Below, piece after piece: positions 17,309 through 25,099 of a stretch of DNA of 64,000 bases. Position 1 is the first letter of the stretch. Each line of letters begins with the position of its first letter. Below the pieces are notes generated by a model, which was not told where the DNA came from, ran no database searches, and worked only from the letters and a program-made list of their open reading frames with translations. Source of the stretch: Candidatus Latescibacterota bacterium (GTDB lineage: Bacteria > Latescibacterota > UBA2968 > UBA8231); assembly GCA_965208105.1 (NCBI GenBank), contig OZ242318.1:1824001-1888000 (forward strand), written 5' to 3'. The translations under genes and the position numbers were made by a program.

Positions 17309-18733
17309 TCAGCTCCCTAGAGCCTGGAGAGCTCTCTGGCGGTAGAGAAATTCGAAGAGGTTGCCCTCGTGGGGCTGGTCCCATGAAACCCGGTTGGTGC
17401 CGATGGGACCCAGGTTCAGGCGCTCGATCTGGGCGCAACTCAGCAGCTCCACGATCAACTCCCGGTTCCCGGTGATCGCCGTGGCGACCAGGGTCGGACC
17501 GATGCGCTTGAGGATCTGCTCCTGGGGGACCTGTACCACGCTGACGAAGGGGAAGAGAAATTCCGCGTTGGCCAGCGGGTGCTCGCCATCCTCGCACCAG
17601 AGGACGGTGGGCAGCAGAAAGGTGCAGCCCTCCCTTTCGACTATCCGGTCCCCACTCCTGAACCGGGCGGTAAGGTCCTCCGCGCCCCCCATCTCGAGCC
17701 GGGCGTCGATCAGCTCCGTCAGTCTCTGCGCCACCTCCGGCCGAGCGAAGGCCGCGACCCGCGCCTGCGGATGGTCCAAAGGCAGAGCTTCAATCCGCGC
17801 CAGGCGCTGCGCCAGGGCGGTGGCGATCTCCAGCCCGTGGCGCGGCACCCAGATGCCGGAAGCGTTGATGCACGACCTGCCCCCGTTCTCGGCCACCGAG
17901 GCCACCATGAGATCCAGATGGTCTTCCCAGCTCTCGGCCTCGTCCGTACCGAAAATGATCTTGCTGCGCCCCGGCCCATGGATCTGCACCCGGGGATCCC
18001 CGGCCCAGGACTCCACCGTGGCGTCGCCTCCGAACAGCATGGAACGGCCGCAGCGCAGGAGAATTTCCGAGGCTCCGGCATAATCGGTGGGGTAGTATCC
18101 GAATGCCTCGGGAGGACAGCCCGCGGCCATGAAAGCCCGGGCAAGACGCAACGGCGTCCAGGGTTCCTCCCTGCCGGGTTTGAGCATCACCGGGACCTTC
18201 AGCGCTAACGAGGGGGCCCAGAGAGAGTGCACCCCGGGAGAATTGCTGGGGAGCACCACCCCCAGGGCGCGGGTCTGGCAGATGTAGCTCAGGGGGCGCC
18301 CGTGATCGAGGTCCCATCCTCCGTCGAGGACCCCGAGGTGGAGCCCGCGCGTCAGACCGTCCAGCACCGCATCCATCTGCGAGAGAACCTGGTGAATCTT
18401 CTCCATGTTGCCGCGGCAGAGGGTCTCGGGGAGACCCGTGGTGGCCGAGGTCTGGCGCACGTAATCCTCCGGCCCCTGGGCATCCTCGTCCACGGGAAGG
18501 TCCGCCTCCATGAACAGGCGGGCGGCTTCCCCGCAGATTCCCAGCAGCTGCGCCGCCGAGAGGTCGGCGAGGGCGCGCTGGTTCTCCGCCGCGGAGGCCA
18601 GGTCCCTCGCCACCAGTCCCCTGTTGGCCTGGCTGACCAGGGCGACGGGCTCACCCGAGCCCAGGTGGCACAACCTGGCCGTATCCAGGCTCCTGTAGGG
18701 GGTCCCCGCGCGCAGTATGGGGATGTGCAACAT
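17309..18733 (-). CDS. Aldehyde dehydrogenase-fold acyl reductase (GriD/EhpG/LuxC-like)
   Basis: VLPSNSPG, LKPG, LFGG, IHGPG in place of LELGG, NGGRSC catalytic Cys, EFLFPF. Confidence 0.8.
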   Translation of the reverse strand: MLHIPILRAGTPYRSLDTARLCHLGSGEPVALVSQANRGLVARDLASAAENQRALADLSAAQLLGICGEAARLFMEADLPVDEDAQGPEDYVRQTSATTGLPETLCRGNMEKIHQVLSQMDAVLDGLTRGLHLGVLDGGWDLDHGRPLSYICQTRALGVVLPSNSPGVHSLWAPSLALKVPVMLKPGREEPWTPLRLARAFMAAGCPPEAFGYYPTDYAGASEILLRCGRSMLFGGDATVESWAGDPRVQIHGPGRSKIIFGTDEAESWEDHLDLMVASVAENGGRSCINASGIWVPRHGLEIATALAQRLARIEALPLDHPQARVAAFARPEVAQRLTELIDARLEMGGAEDLTARFRSGDRIVEREGCTFLLPTVLWCEDGEHPLANAEFLFPFVSVVQVPQEQILKRIGPTLVATAITGNRELIVELLSCAQIERLNLGPIGTNRVSWDQPHEGNLFEFLYRQRALQALGS

Positions 18734-18734
18734 T

Positions 18735-19823
18735 CTAATATACCCCCACCACCACCGACTCCTGCAGCTCCGACAGCAGGCGCAGATTCCTCACCCCGTC
18801 CCAGGGATAGGGAGCGATGGGCGCCACCCGCTCCGCCTCGTCGCGCTCGAGAAAGCGGGGCATGAAGAATTCCTTCGTCAGGGTGGTCAGCATGACCCGG
18901 CCCCTCTCGCCGTAGCCCACCGCATGGTGCGGAGGAGCGGTGGAGACCAGCTCGATGACCGCCCGCGGCTGGGGGGGATAGTAGGTGATGGCGTATCCGT
19001 CAGCCGGGTCGAAGGGCCTGGAGCAGGCCAGCCCCATCAGGGTGTTGCCATACGCGGGCACGAAGTCCACACCCGGGGCGAGCTCCTCGCGGGCGAAGCG
19101 ATGGAACTGGGCGTCCATCTCGGTGCCGCCGCAGAAAATCCCGGTGATCCCTGCCCTGGACAAGGAAATCTTCCCGCCCAGGGACTCCAGAAGCCTCGGT
19201 GTGGTGAACAGGCAGCGCACATTCTCGTGGGAGCGGAGGACCTGCAGGGCCTGGTCGACGACGTGGGTTTTGTACTCCTCCAGCTCGCGGTGCTTGCCGT
19301 GCTTTATCAGCTTGTTCACCCAGCGCGGGTCCAGGTCCACCATGAAGCAGATCCCTCCCCTGAGCTGGGCGAGATACTCGACGGCCAGGCGCAGGCGCCG
19401 CGGCCCGCTCGGTCCCAGCATCAGCCAGTCTGCCCCGCGCGGAAAGGCCTCCTCGGAGAGAGTCGCGCTGAACAACTCGTAATCGATGCGGAAATCGCGG
19501 ACGTTGAGGCGGTACTTGGGTACGCCGGTGGACCCCCCGGTTTCGAAAACGGAGACAGGCTCGCCGGCCAACCCCCGGGGCAGCCAGCGCCGCACCGGCC
19601 CCCCGCGCAGCCACTCGTCCTGGAAATGGCCCAGGAGCTTCAGGTCGCGGTAGCCGCCGATCTCGCGGACAGGGTCGAAGTCCAGTCCCGCGGCGAACTC
19701 TAGCCAGAAGGGACAGCCGGTCCGCTCTCCGAAGTGCCAGCCGACCATCTCGCGAACGTGGGCGTCCAGGCTTCGCCTCGCCGCCTCGATCTCCTCCGCC
19801 GAAGGGCCCTTCGCCCCGTTCAT
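18735..19823 (-). CDS. EhpF/GriC-like aryl-carboxylate adenylating enzyme
   Basis: WHF..TGCPFW, FETGGSTGVPK, DLDPRWV, GGTE, YGERG, ERD, C-terminal GVY; 362 aa; motif order matches EhpF as I recall it. Confidence 0.8.
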   Translation of the reverse strand: MNGAKGPSAEEIEAARRSLDAHVREMVGWHFGERTGCPFWLEFAAGLDFDPVREIGGYRDLKLLGHFQDEWLRGGPVRRWLPRGLAGEPVSVFETGGSTGVPKYRLNVRDFRIDYELFSATLSEEAFPRGADWLMLGPSGPRRLRLAVEYLAQLRGGICFMVDLDPRWVNKLIKHGKHRELEEYKTHVVDQALQVLRSHENVRCLFTTPRLLESLGGKISLSRAGITGIFCGGTEMDAQFHRFAREELAPGVDFVPAYGNTLMGLACSRPFDPADGYAITYYPPQPRAVIELVSTAPPHHAVGYGERGRVMLTTLTKEFFMPRFLERDEAERVAPIAPYPWDGVRNLRLLSELQESVVVGVY

Positions 19824-19835
19824 GGCCCGATCCCC

Positions 19836-21263
19836 CTATTCCCCCTCGATAGCAAATAGCATGTTGCGGCTGGCGATGTAGAGCACCCCGTCGCGGGCCG
19901 TCGGCGTGGTGTATACCGCACTGCCCATATTGACCTCGTAGAGCAGCTCCAGCTTCCTGCCCGCCCTCAGCACGGCCACGTCGCCGTCCTCGTCGCCGAT
20001 GTAGACCTTGCCGTCGGCCACGAGGGTCGATCCCCAGACCGCCGCGAAGGTATCGTAGGTCCAGTATTTCTCCCCGCTGCGGGCGTCGAGGCAATAGACG
20101 AATCCGCTGAGGTCCGCGGTGTAGAGCAGCCCGTCGCTGATGGCCGCGGTGGACAGGGTGCGGTTGTAGTCCCGGTCCCCCAGATGCCAGACCACCCCGC
20201 TGGCACTGACGTCCCCTCTCCCCTTCGCGTCGATGGCCCACAGGTGGCCTACCCCTTCCCCGTGCTCCGGATCCTGCCCCACCCCGACGTAGACCTTGTC
20301 ATCATAGAACACGGGGGTCGAGATAATGGCGTTCCGCGTTCCCCTTCCCCCCAGTTCCCACACGGAATCCTTGGGATTGCAATCGAACTTCCAGATGAGC
20401 TCCCCGGTTTCCGGCTCCATGGCGTAGATCCAGCCGTCGCCTCCCGGAAAGATCACCTGGCCCTTGCCCTCGACCACACCGTAGGCAGGATTGGACCACT
20501 GCCCGTGAAGGATGCGGTCCGCCGGGGAGTTGTCTTCCCACACCACCCTGCCGCTCTCCTTGTCCACCGCGACAAAGCTGGGGGCAAACGGAGTGGGAAT
20601 GTGGACATGCCCCTCGTCCACCCCGTTTCCGGTGACGACGAAGATCAGATTGCCGACGCCCAGAGGCGAACAGGTGGCCAGGTTGTGGGGAAAGACATCC
20701 AGCTCCGCGATCATGTCCAGCTTCCATATCACGTCGCCGTCGATGGCGCTTGTGTCCTTTTCCGAGACGAAGGGACCATCGTTTTCGCCGTCCAGGAAGC
20801 CTTCCGTATCGACGCACACCAGCTCGCAGCGGTTGGAGACATAGTAAAGGCGGTCGCCTTCGATGAAGGGGGTGGAGCAGACGCCCTGCCTGGGCCAGTC
20901 GTTGACTCTCCCCGCGGGGAGCTTGGTGTGGGTGGACTGCCACAGAAAGCGGCCGTCCGCCGCCCCGAAGGCCATGATCACTCCGCGGTCGCCCTTCAGC
21001 CCCGGGTTGCGCATACCCTGGTTGTTGGTGCCGACGAAGACCTTGTCCCCGATGATCACGGGACCGGCGTAGGTTTGCGACCCCAGGGGCGCCGTCCACT
21101 TGATATTCAACCCGGTGGCCGGGTCCCATCTCTCGGGCAAACCTCTCGCCTCCAGCGCCAGGTTGCGCGCCGGTGTGAACCCCCACATCGCGGTTTCCTC
21201 GGCGGCGGCGCCCATGGCCGCGGCGCAGACCGCGCCGATCGCCGCCCTCGCAAATCGTCCCAT
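19836..21263 (-). CDS. Secreted PQQ-like beta-propeller protein
   Basis: Signal peptide, NIKWTAPLGSQTY, repeated D..TG..IW blades, acidic loop DTEGFLDGENDG. Confidence 0.82.
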   Translation of the reverse strand: MGRFARAAIGAVCAAAMGAAAEETAMWGFTPARNLALEARGLPERWDPATGLNIKWTAPLGSQTYAGPVIIGDKVFVGTNNQGMRNPGLKGDRGVIMAFGAADGRFLWQSTHTKLPAGRVNDWPRQGVCSTPFIEGDRLYYVSNRCELVCVDTEGFLDGENDGPFVSEKDTSAIDGDVIWKLDMIAELDVFPHNLATCSPLGVGNLIFVVTGNGVDEGHVHIPTPFAPSFVAVDKESGRVVWEDNSPADRILHGQWSNPAYGVVEGKGQVIFPGGDGWIYAMEPETGELIWKFDCNPKDSVWELGGRGTRNAIISTPVFYDDKVYVGVGQDPEHGEGVGHLWAIDAKGRGDVSASGVVWHLGDRDYNRTLSTAAISDGLLYTADLSGFVYCLDARSGEKYWTYDTFAAVWGSTLVADGKVYIGDEDGDVAVLRAGRKLELLYEVNMGSAVYTTPTARDGVLYIASRNMLFAIEGE

Positions 21264-21265
21264 GG

Positions 21266-23464
21266 TCAATCTCCCGCCCATACCTTGACGTTGTCGTAGT
21301 GGATTTCAGCGGGTGAGTATCCGTACAACCCCGGACTCCCCTCCCGGTTCGGCAGGGGGTCCCGGGCGGTGATCGTCCACTCCCCGGGCTCCTCTTCGTT
21401 CCGCCGCCAGACCTTGCCCCTGACGATGGCCACTTCATCCCCCACCTCCACCTCCATCTTCATGGTGTACCAGACGCCGGGCTCCCAGTCGAAGGGGGAG
21501 GTAACGGCCATCCTCAGGTCCGAAGCCCAGGACCGGATCTGCAACTGCTGGTGGTTCCCCATCATATCCAGGGTGTAGCGGTTGGCGATCAATCCCATGT
21601 CAGGGCGCCTGCGCTTGTCCCAGGTTCCCATCAAATCGGCCTGAACGGTATACCCTCTCATGCCGGGAGGACCGAGGTAGACATTTGAACGGTGCAGCCC
21701 CACCCTGGCCGGCGGCTTGACCAGCACCTTGTTGCCGTGCAGGTCGCGCACCTTGAACTTGGTTCCCGCGCCGACCCAATGCGCCGGATTCCCACCTTCC
21801 TCCACCTCCTCGAAATCCTCGCTCCAGGGCAGCCCGGGGACGACCCGCACCCGCGCCCTGCCGCCTGCTCCCTCGGCCGCGGCCCGGACTATCCCCGCCT
21901 GGGCGCCAGCGCTACCGTTCAGAATCAGCCTCCCACCCGCGCCCATACTTCCCTCCAGACCCTCGAGGGTCCACTCGACCGCCGGCGCCTCCACGGAACG
22001 CCCTTCGTGGTCGAAGGCGAGCACTTCGAAGCGGACCGTATCCCGAGGCTGCGCCACCACCTCCGCCGGAACCACGAGCAGGGAGGCGGCCGGCCTCTCT
22101 TCGCCTGCGGCCTCCACTGGGAATTCCGGCACCACGGCCGGCCCGGCCACCGGCCCGGCCTCCCTATCCCCCAGGCAGTACAGCCCCTCTTCGGTGGCAA
22201 AGTAGATGCGGCCATTGGCCAGAGCCGGAGAACCGAAGATTTCGGCGGGGCGTCCTTCCCTGGTCCTTATCTCATCCCTGTCCAGTTTCAGGGGATGGCC
22301 TCCCCGGACTTCGAGAATGTGGAAGGATCCGTTGACCTCGGTGGCGTACAGCTTGCCGTCGGCCCAGACGGGGGATCCCCTGCCTACGGTTCCCAGGCCA
22401 TACTGCCAGAGGTCCCTCCCCGTATCCGGGTCGAGGCAGTGCAGGTTGGCGCCGTTGTCCACCAGGTAGAGGCCGCCGCCGCCCATGGCCGGAGAGGAGT
22501 AGCCCACCGCGAACTCGTCATAGCGCCAGATTTCATGGGTGGCGGTGACGTCTCCCCTGCCGCCGCCGTCGATGCATACCACCCTGCCCATGGCGGTGTT
22601 GTCCACGTTTTCCTCGCTGTGGGCGGCATAGACGCGGCTGCCCTCCACCAGCACCGATGAATTGATGCCGCGCCTGCTCAGCCGGAAACCCCACACCTTC
22701 TCCCCCGTTCGCGCCGCCATGGCGTAGATGGCGCCGTCGGCGTTGCCGCCGATCAGCAGCCGCCGCCCCCCGATGGCGGCCGCCACCGGAGTGGAGTAGG
22801 TGGTGTCCAGCGGGCGTCCCCCCGGCGCCGCAACCCACACCACCGCGCCGCTGCGCTTGTCGAAGGCAAAGTACCGATGCCTGGGCACGGCCTGGTCTCC
22901 CCAGCCGAGATTGAGAAAACTGATTATTACCTGGTCTTCGTGTACCACGGGAGTATGGACCCGCCCGCCGTAGCCGGAGATGCGGCCGAACTCCTCGGTG
23001 AGGGAACGGGACCACAGGACCTCCCCCTCGGGGTCGAGGCACAAAAGGAGGCCGCCGACCCCGTGGACGTAGATGTTCCCGGTCTCCGGATCACCGGCGG
23101 GGCTGGCCCACCCCACCCTGTTGAACGGAATGGTCGTGTGAAAGACGTTGAAGCGGTGTTCCCAGAGCAGCTTCCCGCTCGCCGCGTCGAAACAGGCCAC
23201 CAGCTCCTGCTCGGTGATGCCCTCTCCCCCGCGGCCGGTGACGCATACCCTGCCGTCGAGGACGACCGGGGTTGAGCGGCCGCAGAAATCCGCCTTCCAT
23301 ATCAGGTTTTCACCCTCGGCAGACCAGCGCGAAATAAGGCCCGTTTCCATGGACGCGCCATTCTGCCAGGGACCCCTCCAGCCGGGCCAGTCGGCAGCGC
23401 CGGCGGCCGGGGGACTCGCCGCCGCGGAGAGGAAGAATACCAGAGAAACTGCCTTGATTCGCAT
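21266..23464 (-). CDS. Secreted PQQ-like beta-propeller protein with Ig-like and C-terminal beta-sandwich domains
   Basis: Signal peptide, DWPGWRGP, propeller blades, then WSEDFE...WYTMKMEV...YDNVKV. Confidence 0.8.
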   Translation of the reverse strand: MRIKAVSLVFFLSAAASPPAAGAADWPGWRGPWQNGASMETGLISRWSAEGENLIWKADFCGRSTPVVLDGRVCVTGRGGEGITEQELVACFDAASGKLLWEHRFNVFHTTIPFNRVGWASPAGDPETGNIYVHGVGGLLLCLDPEGEVLWSRSLTEEFGRISGYGGRVHTPVVHEDQVIISFLNLGWGDQAVPRHRYFAFDKRSGAVVWVAAPGGRPLDTTYSTPVAAAIGGRRLLIGGNADGAIYAMAARTGEKVWGFRLSRRGINSSVLVEGSRVYAAHSEENVDNTAMGRVVCIDGGGRGDVTATHEIWRYDEFAVGYSSPAMGGGGLYLVDNGANLHCLDPDTGRDLWQYGLGTVGRGSPVWADGKLYATEVNGSFHILEVRGGHPLKLDRDEIRTREGRPAEIFGSPALANGRIYFATEEGLYCLGDREAGPVAGPAVVPEFPVEAAGEERPAASLLVVPAEVVAQPRDTVRFEVLAFDHEGRSVEAPAVEWTLEGLEGSMGAGGRLILNGSAGAQAGIVRAAAEGAGGRARVRVVPGLPWSEDFEEVEEGGNPAHWVGAGTKFKVRDLHGNKVLVKPPARVGLHRSNVYLGPPGMRGYTVQADLMGTWDKRRRPDMGLIANRYTLDMMGNHQQLQIRSWASDLRMAVTSPFDWEPGVWYTMKMEVEVGDEVAIVRGKVWRRNEEEPGEWTITARDPLPNREGSPGLYGYSPAEIHYDNVKVWAGD

Positions 23465-23644
23465 GACCCGCTTCCCTACAGGCTCAGCCTGGTTTGACAT
23501 GGATTTGGGGACTGGATATACTCGGGGTCCCAGCCCCCCGGGTTGGGGCAGGCAGACGGAGGGCATGGTCCAGGCCTGCCCTCTGCCGCCATCTGGATTT
23601 GCCTCAGGTTCAAGTGCCTTACCTGGAAATCGGGGAGAGAAATC

Positions 23645-24064
23645 ATGTCGCCTTCATCCGCTCCAACCTGCAAGGTAGTTCGATCTCGGGAGCTATACAC
23701 CGGCAAGCAGGCCCTCACCTATCGCACCGGGGTCGCCGCGGAAAACACCGGATCCCGGGGAATCTGCATGCACCTCCTGGCCATGCCTCCGGGCCAGCGA
23801 GCCAGGGCTCACCTTCACGAAAATCACGAGACCGCCGTCTACGTAATCGACGGCAGGTCCGGGATGTGGTACGGCGACGAGCTGGAGGAGCACCTGTGCG
23901 TCGAAAGCGGCGACTTCGTCTACATCCCCGCGGGAGTGCCGCATCTTCCCTACAACCCCAGCGAGACCGAAACCTGCACCGTGGTCATCGCCCGCACCGA
24001 CCCCAACGAACAGGAGAGCGTCAGACTCCTGCCCGAGCTGGACGCCATCCGCACCACCACCTGA
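23645..24064 (+). CDS. Cupin domain protein
   Basis: AHLHENHETAVY and GDFVYIPAGVPH cupin motifs. Confidence 0.85.
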   Translation: MSPSSAPTCKVVRSRELYTGKQALTYRTGVAAENTGSRGICMHLLAMPPGQRARAHLHENHETAVYVIDGRSGMWYGDELEEHLCVESGDFVYIPAGVPHLPYNPSETETCTVVIARTDPNEQESVRLLPELDAIRTTT

Positions 24065-24098
24065 ATTGCAGCAGTTCGGCACGCCGCGCAACCTCCGC

Positions 24099-24977
24099 CT
24101 ACCCGCCGAACTGGAACTGCTCGACCCCGCGGCAACCTGGCCTGGCCGCGAACAACCCGCCGGCGTGAGGCTCCCTTGCCCTCTCCTCGTCCGTCAACCC
24201 CAGGGAACCACTGGTTACATAGAGGGTATCGAGGTCCCTGCCTCCGAAGGCGCAGGAGGTCACCTTGGAAACCGGCAGCTCGATGGCCTGCAGAATTTCT
24301 CCTCTGCCGGGATGCCAGCGGCACACCTTGCCCCCATCGTAGTGCGCTATCCACAGCATGCCTTCGGCATCTATGGCCATCCCATCGGGCAACCCGACTT
24401 CCCGGGGGACCCGGAAAGCAACCCGCTCGTTGGCGATGTCTCCCGTTTCCACATCGTAGTCGTAAGCCCTGACATCGTACCTGAGCGAGTCGATATAGTA
24501 CATTCTTGCACAGTCCAGGCTCCAGACGATGCCGTTGGAGATGCCCACATCTCCCAGCATCCTGCGCACCGCGAAATCGGTGTCCATGCAATACAGGGAG
24601 CCTGCTCCCGCCACCGGATCCATGGCCATGGTGCCGGCCCAGAAGCGGCCGGCCGGATCGCACTTGCCGTCGTTGAAGCGGTTTTCCGGCAGGTCGGCCT
24701 CCGGATCGTGAATCAGGGTAAGCTCTTCCCTGTCCAGGTCGAAGGCCCCGAATCCCCGGTCCACGGCGACCATGAGGCCTCCGGCGGCCCGCACCACAAC
24801 CGTTCCCACCTGCAGTCCTACGTCCATTGCCCGGTCAGGGGCCCCGGCGGGATCGTGGACGTGCACCTTGCACCCCATGATATCGACCCAGTAGAGCAAC
24901 TGTTCGGCGCCGTTCCAGAAGGCGCCTTCCCCTAGCGCGGCGCGGGCGTCCACCATCAGTTCGACTTTCGCACTCAT
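24099..24977 (-). CDS. SMP-30/gluconolactonase/LRE family lactonase
   Basis: LGEGAFW, RFNDGKCD, SNGIVWS, PDGMAID, TSCAFGG. Confidence 0.92.
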   Translation of the reverse strand: MSAKVELMVDARAALGEGAFWNGAEQLLYWVDIMGCKVHVHDPAGAPDRAMDVGLQVGTVVVRAAGGLMVAVDRGFGAFDLDREELTLIHDPEADLPENRFNDGKCDPAGRFWAGTMAMDPVAGAGSLYCMDTDFAVRRMLGDVGISNGIVWSLDCARMYYIDSLRYDVRAYDYDVETGDIANERVAFRVPREVGLPDGMAIDAEGMLWIAHYDGGKVCRWHPGRGEILQAIELPVSKVTSCAFGGRDLDTLYVTSGSLGLTDEERAREPHAGGLFAARPGCRGVEQFQFGG

Positions 24978-25099
24978 TCCCTTCCTCCTGCGAACAAAGT
25001 GCCTGCCCCACCCCCGGGGGGACGGCCGTCGCAGCGGCGCTGTCCCGCGGCTCCCCACTCCCGCCGGTTCGCGTCCGGGAGGACCCCCGCCCGGCGGGT

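Noticed and set aside
17309-19823. Bioluminescence luxCE or a phenazine cluster
   Set aside because: No luxAB/luxD or phzA-G genes are in the window, and the motifs fit EhpF/GriC better than LuxE.
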